Below are positions 1 through 11,890 of a DNA stretch of 64,000 nt, in pieces. Source of the DNA: Octopus sinensis (Eukaryota). The translations under genes were made by a program, and so were the position numbers. The notes under the pieces were generated by a model that had not been told where the DNA came from, ran no database searches, and saw only the letters and a list, made by a program, of their open reading frames with translations. The DNA lies in contig NC_042997.1 of assembly GCF_006345805.1 (NCBI RefSeq), positions 188,356,001-188,420,000 of the forward strand. The letters run 5' to 3'. Position 1 is the first letter of the stretch, and the number at the start of each line of letters is the position of its first letter.

Positions 1-54
1 CATCCTCTCAAAATTACTAGCTTTGTATCAAAAATTATTAAGAATTATCATTAT

Positions 55-715
55 CAAGATAGTGGATTGGCAGAATTGCTGGAGCAGTGGAAAAACTGAC
101 TTGTGATATTTGTTTTGGATCCTTACATTCTTAGTTCAAACTCTGCTGAGGTCAGCTTTGCTTTTCATTCTCCCAGGGTTGATGAAATAAAATATCATTC
201 AAGGATTGGAGTCGCTGGTAATGACCAACCCCTTACTCAATCACAATTGCTGGCTCGTTCCTAATTTAGAAACACAAAGAGCAGTGGCTAGGCTGAATCC
301 TTTGAACATTGGAAAAACACCTTATAGTATTTTGTTTCAGCTCTTTATATTCTGAGTTCAAATCCTGCGAAGATCAACTGTCATCCTTCTGAGGTCAATA
401 AAATAATGCATCAGTCAAGTACTGGGGTTGATGGTATCAACTAATCCCCATCCCTTCAAAAATTCCTGGCCTTGTGGTTAAATTTTTTTAAAAATTATTA
501 TTAGGGCAGTGGATTGGCAGTCAACAGAGCCTCAGAAAAAATGCCTTGTGATACTTCCTTCAGCTCTTTAAGTCCCAAGTTCGAATCTTGTCGAGATTAA
601 CTTTACTCTTCAACTCCTCAAGATTGATAAAATAAAGTTCCAATTAAGTGCTGGGGTTGATGTTATTGACAGGAGTTCTCTCAAAAACTGAGCCTTACAC
701 CTAAATTTGAAAAAA

Positions 716-752
<37 letters not shown>

Positions 753-980
753 TTATTATTATTATTATTATTTCAGGTGGTGAGCTGGCAGAATTGTTAG
801 CATGCCAAGTGAAAAGCTTAGCAGTATTTCGTCTGTCACTACATTCTGAGTTCAAAGGTCAACTTTGCCTTTCATCGTTTTGGGGTCGAAAATTAAGTAC
901 AAGAAAAACACAGGGGTTGATGTAATTGACTAGTCCCTTCCCCAGAAAATTCAGGCCTTGTGCTAGTAGAAAGGATTATT
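55..980 (+). mobile_element. Head-to-tail array of about 4 degenerate tRNA-derived SINE copies (family with ...TTCTGAGTTCAAAT... B-box and (ATT)n tail)
   Basis: Repeated units of gagctggcaga...ttctgagttcaaat...tcaactttgcctttcat...aagtaccagt...ggccttgtg...attattatt. Confidence 0.8.
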
Positions 981-1021
981 AGTATTATTGTTGTTGTTGT
1001 TGTTGTTGTTGTGGTTGTTGT

Positions 1022-1300
1022 GAAGGTACATGTCTTTGTGGTTTGGTGCACTCGTGATAGCTAGATCATGAGTTCAATTCCCGGACCAAGATGTGTGTGG
1101 TGGTTCTTGAGCAAGACACTTCCTTTCACATTGCTCTGAGATCATTTTGACATCTGACATGTGGCACACTCATGCGTCTGAACAGACAATGTTGATCTGA
1201 TAGAGGGAGTGAGCTAATGTATGGCACACATTTGATCACTATATCATTTGTGCAGGTTATTCAGCAAAAACTGAATGCTCACACATCGTCTTCAATGGGC
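1022..1300 (+). mobile_element. Degenerate tRNA-derived SINE, same family as 22952-23285
   Basis: gagttcaattccc B-box followed by the ttcttgagcaagacact...ttcacattgctc core. Confidence 0.6.
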
Positions 1301-1334
1301 AAGTCCATCATTATCATTATTATTATTATTATTA

Positions 1335-1731
1335 TGGTGACAAGCTGACAGAATCGTTAGCACTCTGGATGAAATGCTTAGCGGTATTTTGCCTGCCGCT
1401 ACCTTCTGAGTTCAAATTCTGCCGAGGTCGACTTTGCCTTTCATCCTTTCAGGGTCGATTAAATACGTACCAGTTATGCACTGGGGTCAATGTAATCGAC
1501 TTAATCCGTTTGTCTGTCCTTGTTTGTCCCCTCTGTGTTTAGCCCCTTGTGGATAGTAAAGAAATAGGTATTTCGCCTGTTGCTATGTTCTCAGTTAAAA
1601 TTTTATTGAGGTCGACTTTGCCTTTCAACCTTTTGAGGTTGATAAAATAAGTACCAGTTGAACACTGGAGTCAATGTAATCGACTCATCCCCTCCCCCCA
1701 AATCGCTGCCCTTGAGGAAAAATTTGAAACA

Positions 1732-1735
<4 letters not shown>
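1335..1735 (+). mobile_element. Dimeric form of the TTCTGAGTTCAAAT SINE
   Basis: Body repeated after the spacer ending aaagaaatag; (ATT)n tail. Confidence 0.75.
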
Positions 1736-1761
<26 letters not shown>

Positions 1762-1764
<3 letters not shown>

Positions 1765-2322
1765 GAGTGAGAGAGCAGTGCATGCCATCAAAGTGACACT
1801 AGGGTAAAATATACGAAGCCCAGTATACCCATCATGACTACTTGTCTGATAAGGGTACACCAGGCACATGCATCACAACCATATGTGTGCGACATGGTAA
1901 TCTCATATCAAGATAAACAGTGCATGACCTTGCAGGTGGGGCCCAGTTAGAATTTTCTTCTGGTCAAGTAGCCCATCCCGCTCAAAAGGTTTCTGAATAA
2001 GGATTGTTTAAGGATGCTGAACGAACCACCCGTGTTTCCAAAGGTGAATTATCCAAACCTCCAAGAATTCCTTTCAACACATGGCTGTGGTGCTACCCCA
2101 CTACTTCTGCTCATGATCAGAGATGCACATATCATCAGCTACTAAGGGACATGCTCAACTGGTTAAGGTCAAACAACTGACAAGCAAATCTGTGGTATTG
2201 AGCAGAATATTTGCTGTAGCTCATCTTTTATACCAAGACAAAACAATGTACATGATTACACTTCCAATTAGTTAAGATCAGAAGCTACAAGAGCCACAGC
2301 CTGGTACTGCATCAGGGCATTT
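1762..2322 (-). repeat. Unclassified retroelement-like segment embedded in (AAT)n
   Basis: Non-coding block bounded on both sides by (ATT)n runs; only one copy in the window. Confidence 0.35.
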
Positions 2323-2340
2323 ATTATTATTATTATTATT

Positions 2341-2660
2341 TCCTTCTTTCTTCAAATTTTCTTCCATTTCTCACCGAGTGTTTTCTGTACACCTAGAGCA
2401 GAGAAGCTCATTGTATGCATTCCCAGATTACACACGCAAATTCACAGGTAAAATATGTATTTAAAAAATTAATAAATAAATAAATTCATGAGTGGATGTT
2501 GTTTTCACAGCGATAATGCTCTTCCCAGTACATGAACCATTCCATTCCACAATTTTTTGCACTTCCTGTAGGGATGGTAAGCCTGGTATCATTTTCAAAT
2601 AGGTTTCAGTACCTTTTTTTATCATTTCTAGAGCTCCTACAATCACTGGTACTGTAGTCG
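2341..2660 (-). mobile_element. 3' end of an R4/Dong/Hero-like non-LTR retrotransposon (restriction-like endonuclease C-terminus)
   Basis: Peptide PVIVGALEMIKKGTETYL..IPGLPSLQEVQKIV, then after a frameshift HVLGRALSL*. Flanked by (AAT)n. Confidence 0.65.
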
Positions 2661-2665
2661 CCTTA

Positions 2666-2706
<41 letters not shown>

Positions 2707-3360
2707 GTTGTGTTCAAATTCTGCTGATGATGACTTTGTCTTTCATTCTTTCAGGGTTGATGAAATAAGTACCAGCTGAGTACTGGGGTTGATGCAAAAA
2801 ATTGTTCCTTTCTCCTAAGAAATTTCAGGCCTTTACCTGTAGCAGAAAGGATTATCATTACTATTGTGAAGGCAAACAAGGAGCAGATTTATATGCCTTG
2901 AGCTATTTTCTTATGTCCATTTATATATCTAAGCTGTAATTCCGTCAGACTCAGTCGCTTATCCTTAAGGAAGTCAATAATAATATAATACAAGTCAAGC
3001 ACCTGGATCAATTTAATCGACTGTTCTTCCATTAATCTTCGGCTTTGTGCCAATGTTAAAAGTCATATCTACCTCTGTCTGTTATGATTATTAAGTACAG
3101 GTTAGTAGTATATAAAAAAATTGATATTTGGATGACAGCACTCTGGCTGAAGTTGTCGGCCCCTATTCAATGACCCTACAGTGACAAACTGGCAGAAATC
3201 ATTGAAAGTGTTCAATAGAATGCTTTGTAGTATTTGTAATGGCTTTTGTGCTTTTGAGTTAAAATCTTAATGAGGTCAACTTTGCTTTTCATTTCTTTAG
3301 GGTCCATAAACAAAATACCGGTCTATGACTGGACTTTCTCTCTCCATCTCTCTCTCTCTC

Positions 3361-3605
3361 TTTAGTCTTTACTCTTTTACTTGTTTCAGTCATTTCACTG
3401 TGGCCATGCTGGCGCACCACCTTTACTCTAGCAAATCAACCCCAGGACTTATTCTTTGTAAGCCTAGTACTTATTCTATTGGTCTCTTTTGCTGAACCGC
3501 TAAGTTATGGTAACATAAACACACCAGCATCGGTTGTCAAGTGATGTTGGTGGGGACAAACACAGACACACAAACATATACACACACACATAAACACACA
3601 CACAC

Positions 3606-3662
<57 letters not shown>

Positions 3663-3817
3663 CGACGGGCGTCTTTCAGTTTCCGTCTATCAAACCCACT
3701 CACAAGGCTTTGGTTGGCCCAAGGCTATAACTTGCCCAAGGTGCCATGCAGTGGGACTGATCCCAGAACCATGTGGTTCGTAAGCAAGCTACTTACCACA
3801 CAGCCACTCCTAAGCCT
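3361..3817 (-). mobile_element. tRNA-derived SINE with central (TG/TA)n microsatellite and (GAGTAAAA)n-like tail
   Basis: Full copy; paralogues at 15511, 16291, 17876, 23686 and 57123. Confidence 0.85.
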
Positions 3818-4149
3818 ATTTATCTATTTTAGACAAATAGATAGATAACTATTTTTCAAACAAATCAGCAATGGCCAGACCTAGACAAGGATGGGTACTG
3901 TCAGATTCAGATACTCAGGCACCCCTAAGACTCCATCAAGACTTGAGGTATTAAAAGCAGAGCATAATATTCTATCACATTATTCAGCCCTTATTTAGCT
4001 ATTAACAAAACCAGTCTATAGATACTTCATGAAAGATTTTACCAAAATTTTGAGTAGGAATCATTGATATGGGCATGAACATCACATAATCTTAATGGTA
4101 ATCTCAATATAGCGTAAGAACTTGGTATTTGCTGGAGGTTAAATATATA

Positions 4150-4382
4150 TTTCTTTATTGCCCACAAGGGGCCAAACATAGAGGGGACAAACAAGGACAG
4201 ACAAAGGGATTAAGTCGATAACATCGACCCCAGTGCGAAACTGGTACTTTATTTATAGACCCGAAAGGATGAAAGGCAAAGTCGACCTCGCTGGAATTTG
4301 AACTCAGAATGTAACAACACACGAAATACCGCTAAGGATTTTGCCTGGCACGCTAACGTGTCTGCCAGCTCGCCACCTTCTG
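4150..4382 (-). mobile_element. TTCTGAGTTCAAAT SINE monomer
   Basis: Reverse complement of the 44514-44727 copy. Confidence 0.85.
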
Positions 4383-5696
4383 GAGGGGAAATATAGTGAA
4401 GGCAAGGATCAGGAGAGGTACAACCCACTGGTGAAATGGAGAGGTGGTCATATAATTAACAAGTGTTTCATTAGCTTACTGTGCTGGGGTATTTGTTAAT
4501 ATCCTTTTAGATTTACTTAGGAAGACAAAGAGACTCCACAAAGTTGATTTACTCGAGATAACACCATACAAGGAAGGATGAAGCCTTCAGTCTTGTTCCA
4601 ACAATACAATAAATGACTCTGAACATCTCCTCCCGCCACTGTTTAAATCTTCATTACATATCCATGTTATCATTAGTAAACATTGACAATACAACTGCCT
4701 GACTTTCATTGTTACACTCTGACACAAAACATCCTATAATCTAACATTTTGTATGATGTATGGTGAGATAAAAAGTTCTGATAACCTCCTCCTCCACCAC
4801 TGCTTTCAAAGTAAAAGTGTAGGTTTCAAATGACAGTTAATGAATAGATCATTGTACCATGTTCAAACTAAGCTAAAACGATTATAAAAGCTGATAAATT
4901 TCTCTGTATTTCTTTTGTGTGTGTTCATGTATCTTTACATCAGTATTTACACACACATACACACACACACACAATGATATATTCATATACATACATATGT
5001 TTGTATTACAGATCTAAGAGTGTACATAATTAATCTCCACCATCTAAGATCATTCAATCACTAGTTTTATACATCTATTTGTTGGATGAGACTATTCCAA
5101 ATATCTTCATTTTGTCACCTTTGCAAAGTCAGCTGTATTCATCTCATAATAATTGTTAATTTGTAATTTCACATCTGGTTTTTATATCACATTTCTATTG
5201 GAAGGATCTCATAAATTTAATTATCAACCATCTTTATAAAGAAATTAATACCAAATCCAAAATTTTTATTTATATTTTATTTACAAAGAGGATGTGAATT
5301 GGCAGAGTCATTGCAAGGCTGCACAAAATATATTGCAGTATTTATCCACTACCTTGCATTCTGAATTCAAATCATAACAGAGACTTTGTTGCCTTCTGTT
5401 TCTTTTTTTCTTTTTGGGACATAATAAAGTATCAGTCCACAGTGGTTGACTGACAGAAGTGTTAGAACATTGGACAGGATGCCTTCTTCCTATATCTTTG
5501 TATTCTGAGTTCAAATCCTGCCATGACCTACTTAATTTAGTCCATTGTTCAGTTTAACTTCACAGCACTTTGGTGATATTGAGCAGAGTCCATTCTAATG
5601 CAATCATTTGAGTCAGTTCTTCTGTTTAAGGATACATTCCTCCCACTTGTATTAGGGCCCCGAAATAGGCTATAGGTACTACCCTTCCCTCTTGAC

Positions 5697-5924
5697 GTAA
5701 ACCTTTCATTACCAGCCCGGCTGAAACCAGCTCTGGCTCTGAGTACAAATGTCTTGTTTTCATAAGTTTTGAATTAAAATCTTCTACCAAACCTTAGTCA
5801 CAATTTATGCTCCTAACACTAGCTTAATGATAACTAAGTTATTTTACTAAATTCTTTGTTATATTTAAAGTAATTGAAAGAAACACAGAGCATCTCAAAA
5901 TAAATACAGTAACGAAAGGGCTAA
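5697..5924 (+). mobile_element. About 225-bp MITE with CCCTTTCGTTAC terminal inverted repeats (piggyBac-like TTAA ends)
   Basis: Copies at 25363, 30868 and 49413 show TTAA-CCCTTT...AAAGGG-TTAA. Confidence 0.75.
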
Positions 5925-6199
5925 AGACAAAAATAATCCCTCCTGATTTAAAGTCAAAAATAATCCAGTAATCACATTCATTTCCATCTTCTTCAGATTT
6001 TGTTCATTTTGTAAATACTTCAGATTCATATCTTCTATTCAGTTTGAAAATATTTTTTTGTTGCTATCAAAGAAGAAAAAAATCACCAAATTTCTTTCAG
6101 CAATGATTATTTGACCCCACCGACTACTGAGTTACAAATTAGATTGAGTAGTGAGCATGCCTTTACCACAAACCTCATTGATATATGTATACATATGTA

Positions 6200-6545
6200 T
6201 CATCATCATCATCTTTTAATGTGTGTTGTCCATGCTGGCATAGCTTGGATGGTTTGACCAGGACCAGTAAGCTGACAGGCTGCACCAGAATCCAGTCTGA
6301 TTTGACATAGTTTCTATGGCTGGATGCCCTTCCTAACACCAACCACTCCAAGAGTGTAATGGGTGCTTTTACATGCCACTGGTATGGGTGCCAGCTGTGT
6401 AACACCAGTACCTGTCATGACTACGACTTCACTTGTCTTTACGGGTCTTCTTCTCAAGCACAACATATTGCCAAAGGTCTCGGTCAGTTGTCATTGCCTC
6501 CATGAGGCCCAACACTTGAAAGGTGCTATTTACATTCCACTGGCA
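6200..6545 (-). mobile_element. 5'-truncated RTE LINE 3' end with (ATG)n tail
   Basis: Matches the 3' terminus of the LINE at 18212. Confidence 0.75.
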
Positions 6546-6579
6546 CACATGCTAGTTATGCGATACATATACACACGAG

Positions 6580-6765
6580 TAAGCACATAAAAGCAAAACA
6601 AGGTGGAAAAATAGTACTTGAATACCGGAGGTAGAGTAATATTCATTTTTATTAAAGCTGCAAAAACATTACAAAAATCTGTGACTCAGAGTTTCAGGTT
6701 CCCGTTTGTTAGACAGTTGTGATCAAGATAATGAGTTCAAAACTTCATATTGAACTTCTGCTCTA
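6580..6765 (-). mobile_element. Penelope-like terminal-repeat remnant with a degenerate type I hammerhead ribozyme
   Basis: Hammerhead architecture at 6677-6718 followed by AATAAA. Confidence 0.5.
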
Positions 6766-6923
6766 TATGGTAACACTGTATGTACAGCTCAGTCTCCTTG
6801 ACTTCTGACAATTAACAATTGCAATTTGAAGTTGAATGGTTAGCAGTAAGAAAGATGTCCAGATTTCTTTAAAAATTATTGTGTAAAATATTCTGAGAAA
6901 AAGTAACTTTTTCACCACAACAA

Positions 6924-6972
<49 letters not shown>

Positions 6973-7629
6973 GTGTCTCTGTGAAACTTGTGCTACTACA
7001 AATAGCAGTCAAATCACTCTTAAAACACACCCTTTCATCAAAAGAAGACACAGATTTACAGTATTTCAGGAGGGAAAAAAAACTATGTGATGGGTCTGCT
7101 ACATCAGAGGGAACTCTGAGCTAAACAAAACACAGATATACTTAACGTTAAACAATTATCTACTAAATAATACTAATAAAGTTGATGGTACATGTTTCAA
7201 AGTTTCATTCCCTGGGAAAACTCCATGTATTTCAAAGATTTTGTAATTATGCTCTAAGATATAAAGATTGTTCAGGCAGAGTTGTCTCCCTTAGCTAAAG
7301 ACCTCAAAATTGTGCAACTTGACCTCATTTCCGATGTTATTTTCGTAGTAAAAAAAGAGTTGTTGTGCTAAAAACATACTTTATTTGATAACTGAAAGAC
7401 TATTGAATCTTTTGATACCTCATTCGTCAAAATTGGCAACACAATTTTCAATTCCATAAGGAATATACACACATGCACACACACACAAACTCTGTTATAT
7501 ATATATATATATAGTCCACAGATGAGATCCAGACATTCTCAGTACAGAAGATACTTAGTAGTTCTCAAAAGATTCAAACTTAGATTTTGATGTCTTTACA
7601 GGGGATCGATTCTGCAAGGTAATGAATGG

Positions 7630-7980
7630 TTGAGCGTGATCGTTACCAGCGTCACCTTACTGGCACTTGTGATTCTTTACAAAACAGTATTGCTAAGAAA
7701 AATATTTGAGCGAGGTTGTTGCCAGTGCAGCTGGACTGGCTCCTGTGCAGGTGGCACATAAAAACACCATTTGAGCGTGGTCGTTACTAGTACTGCCTGA
7801 CTGGCATGTAAAAGCACCGACTACACTCTTAGAGTGGTTAGCGTTAGGAAGGGCATCCAGCTGTAGAAACTCTGCCAGATCAGATTGGAGTCTGGTGCAA
7901 CCATCTAGTTCACCATTCCTCAGTCAAATCGTCCAACCCATGCTAGCATGGAAAGCAGACGTTAAATGATGATGATGTAT
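7630..7980 (+). mobile_element. RTE LINE 3' end with (ATG)n tail
   Basis: Paralogue of 16722-17030. Confidence 0.8.
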
Positions 7981-8022
7981 ATATATATAAATATATATAT
8001 ATATACATAGGGAGATGTTAAA

Positions 8023-8195
8023 AAAACAAAAGACGAAGACAGGTGGTGTACAAAACAAACAGATGTATTAGTATAACGCTCAGGAATAGAAACAGTCTTT
8101 TACGTTTCGAGCCTACGCTCTTCTACAGAAAGGGACACAGAAAAACAAGGAGAGAAAAAAATGTGTGTAGTGGCTAACGATCTATCATGGTGACT
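8023..8195 (-). mobile_element. Short repeat in (TA)n, probably Penelope-like; second copy at 14690-14900 (+)
   Basis: Two similar copies in the window, each with a hammerhead-like gaagagcgtaggctcgaaacgta motif. Confidence 0.6.
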
Positions 8196-8197
8196 CA

Positions 8198-8267
<70 letters not shown>

Positions 8268-8273
<6 letters not shown>

Positions 8274-8420
8274 AAATAGAAAGATGAATTTTCTTGTAAC
8301 AGATTATTCAAAGGTTTAACCGATACCTGGGTAGCAAAAATCACAGCGGAAAAACAGCACGGTTGGAGATAAGACCATTTGGTGTTGCAACCGTGCGTTG
8401 GAGTGGATAATTGAAGTTTA
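8268..8420. repeat. (TA)n-embedded element sharing about 67 bp with 24046-24112
   Basis: Shared gaaatagaaagatgaat...gtttaaccgatacc..gtagcaaaa; (TA)n on both sides. Confidence 0.55.
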
Positions 8421-8431
8421 ATATATATATA

Positions 8432-8595
8432 TATGACTGGTTTCTTTCAGTTTCTGTCTACCAAATCCACTCTGAAGGCTGTGGTCAGCCAGTGGCTATA
8501 ACAGAAGACACCTATCCAAGGTATCATGTAACGGGATTGAACCCAAGATCACATAGCTGGGAAGCAAACTTTTTTACCTACAAAGCCATGCCTAT
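8432..8595 (-). mobile_element. Head half of the microsatellite-containing SINE
   Basis: Similar to 3665-3817. Confidence 0.65.
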
Positions 8596-11235
8596 TCCTA
8601 CATAATCAACAAAAATAAAATATTATATGGAATAATGTTTTCATATCAAAAGTGGTTTATTACATTTAACACTTGACATCTTAGGATATATTTAGTAAAA
8701 AAAAATGCTTTCATTCCTCCTAAATTTTCAAATCTTAGTTTTCTACTCTGACCATCTCATAAATCTGTGAAGGGCCTGGGAAACTGGAAAGTTAGCCCTT
8801 TTTGATTCCATATTAATGGCGGCTAATGAGAGATATGATCGGAGAAAAGTGTTAAGCAGCAAGCTCTTACATAAAAGATTTACGCTTAATTGACTTGTTG
8901 ATTTTTCTAATTTTGCTTTATTTCCCTCTTAATGAGAGCAAGAGTTAGCACACAAGACTTTATTTTAGCAATTTTAGGGAAGATTACCAACCACTATTTT
9001 GCAAAGATCAGTGTAAGATAGTATTCTGCTTACAGAACCAAGAATGTAAATTGATAAGGCCTCTGTGACAGCAATAAAGTGATTCATATTGTTTATATTA
9101 ATTGTTATCAATGCAAATTCGAAATTCATTTTAACATTAAAGATAAAACAAAAATGTATGGTTCCTAGGAAGCATTATTGCCTATGAGGATTCTGTCACT
9201 GAATTGTTTTAGATAAATTTTCATTGAAGAAATCTTTTCTAAAATATAACAAATATTATAAGGTTTTAGGTATAGTGCAAAAAAAAAAGAAAGAAAAAAG
9301 GGAAAAATTAGTAAATGAATAAATAGATAACAACCAAGTAGAATGACTACTTTGTTCTAGATTTCAACATAAAGAAACAAGTTCTTTTGTGGTTGGCAAC
9401 CTTGATTTTCATTTGTTTTTCTCATTAGTTCAGTAACAATTCAGCAGTAATTTACACATGGACTAATTTACACCTATTTCATAGGTTTATTTTTGTAGAA
9501 AGGTGGAATACATCAATCCTTTTAAGTATGGGAGCTGACATGGTTTGCTGAAATTATGCCATTTGTCATACCATTTTTAAAAAGCTTAAAAATTCAATAC
9601 TAAATTTCATGGCCTTTTACTCCTCAGTAACAGGAATTAATATACCTAAAAAGTGAATTTCTTACAGAAGTGCAAAACCCCAGATATATAAAGAAGAGAA
9701 ATGTGCATTGCTTTTCTTCACACATTAGTAAGATAAATGAAGTGAACCAGTTACTGCTTGATATAAAAAGCATACAAATTCTAGGAAATTACCTCTACTC
9801 AATGCTGTTTGCCTGTGAGGTAGATTTACTTAAAAATATAAATAATCATTTAAAAAATATTAAATTACTAAAATGAAGTTAAGATTCTTTACAAAACAGT
9901 ATTGCTAAGAAAATAGTTTAAATCTTATCCATAGGCCTTCTTTAAAAATAAGCACTTTTATTCTTCTTTACCGATAGCTTAAAGTTAAAATAGTTTCCAT
10001 CAAGTGAACTATGTATGCTAAATTTGGTAATATTTTTTACCAATTTAAATTTAGTTGAGATCTACATTATTTCTTGATTTTTTTTTTATAAGTCTTATTA
10101 GAAATTGTGCACTAGAATTATAAATGAATTTCACAAAAATAATTTCTTTTTTTTTCAAACTTGCTTGTGATTAAAACAAATGCATATCTATTTAGAGGAA
10201 AATTAGGAAAGAAATAACAATATTGGTATAACAGTCTTAATTTCATTTTTATAGAAAATTTTAAACCATTTAAAATTTTTATATCTGTAGTTTAAGTTGA
10301 GAAACGTATTTCCTATTTACTAGTGTTTAAAGATTTATTTCTAACATTTTCAATATATCTTTTATCAAATAAACAAATGAAAAATTACTTTAAAAAATAC
10401 TTTCATAGAAAACTAATTTAACAGTTGAGATAAGTTTTCTCATTTTTTAATACTTTTTTACTAAAGAAAAGCTTGATATTTTTATTTTGTAAACTTCTTT
10501 AAATATTCACAACTTTACAACTGCTATTTGTATTATGTTGAGACTGAGAAAATGGCGTTTGTTTATGTCAAGATAACTGCGAGTGCTGTCTTATGCTATA
10601 CCAATTATATTTGTACAGCAAAGCTGTATTGTCTCTCATATAAAACATTTTCTTTCTATATTGAACATTTTCTCTGTAAAGCATTTATTACCCACATTTT
10701 TAACAGTCTTATTTACTTTTATTATTGAAAGATATTGCAGTCTGGGGAAGTTTATCTTAGTTTTTATGATATCAAGCATTTTGTGAGATTTTCTTTCCAA
10801 GATAGGCTAACCAATCTATCAAATATTTTTCTATATACAAGGATTTCAACTTATAACAACACATTCAACAACAAATGATTTTACTTTACTTATTTCAGAA
10901 ACTTATATTGCACTCCAGTTCTTATCGCATTTACCCATCATGAACTATACAATTCTTTTTGCTTCTTTATGCTTCATATTTTTAGCATTCCATCAAAATA
11001 TCACTTTCACTTCAGGTTAGAATGTACAATTGATTGTGAAGAATTGTTGACACAATCTGGAAATGACATATTCTCATAACAGACAACATTCAGAGAACCA
11101 TTAAACTGATCTCACCTTATTAAGAGAAAATTACTTACCAAAGGTTGTGTAGAAATGAACTAAATGGACACAGTATTGTTGCTATACCAGTAGATGGTTC
11201 ATTTTACATTTACAGGATGATCCACAGCAGAAGTC

Positions 11236-11600
11236 GTCATCATCGTTTAACGTCCATTTTCCATGCTAGCATGGGTTGAACGGTTCGACCGGGGTCTGGT
11301 AAGCCATGGAGGCTGCACCAGGCTCTAGTCTGATTTGGCAGAGTTTCTACAGCTGGATGCCCTTCTTAATGCCAACCACTCCATGAGTGTAGTGGGTGTT
11401 TTTTACATGTCACTGGCACAGGTGCCAGAGCAGGCTGGCAAACGGACACAATCAGTTGGTGCTTTTATGTGTCACCGACATGGATGCCAGTCAGGCAGCA
11501 CTGGCATCTGCCATGTTCGGATGGTGCTTTTTACATGTCACCGGCACGGGTGTCTTAACTACAATTTCCATTTGATTTTTATTCTGATGTTGATGACTTG
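11236..11600 (-). mobile_element. RTE LINE 3' end with internal gtgctttttacgtgtcaccggcac repeats
   Basis: (CAT)n tail; paralogue of 46994-47330. Confidence 0.8.
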
Positions 11601-11619
11601 GTGAAGAGGATTGGTCTGC

Positions 11620-11890
11620 AAGAGTCCTGTGCCAGGGCCACATAAAAAGCACTTGTGCCAGTGCCACATAAAAAGCTCTTGAATCAGTGCCATGTAGTAC
11701 CACATATGTTAGTGGCATGTTCAAAGCCCCAGCATACACTGTAAAGTGATGAGTATTGGGAAGGGTAACCAGATGTAGAAACTAAACCAAATCAGACTGG
11801 GGCCTGGTGCAGCTTCACAGCTTGCTAGCTCTGGTCAAACTGTCCAACCCATGCCAGCATGGGAAACAAACATTAAAGGATGATAATGAT
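11620..11890 (+). mobile_element. RTE LINE 3' end, inverted relative to the preceding copy
   Basis: ccaacccatgccagcatggg followed by the (ATG)n tail. Confidence 0.7.

Noticed and set aside
55-980. CRISPR-like or satellite array
   Set aside because: The units are divergent ~200-bp SINE copies, not short repeats with unique spacers; the sequence is eukaryotic.
11133-11160. Strong minus-strand donor TTG|gtaagt
   Set aside because: No convincing open exon or neighbouring exons; such hexamers occur by chance in AT-rich DNA.
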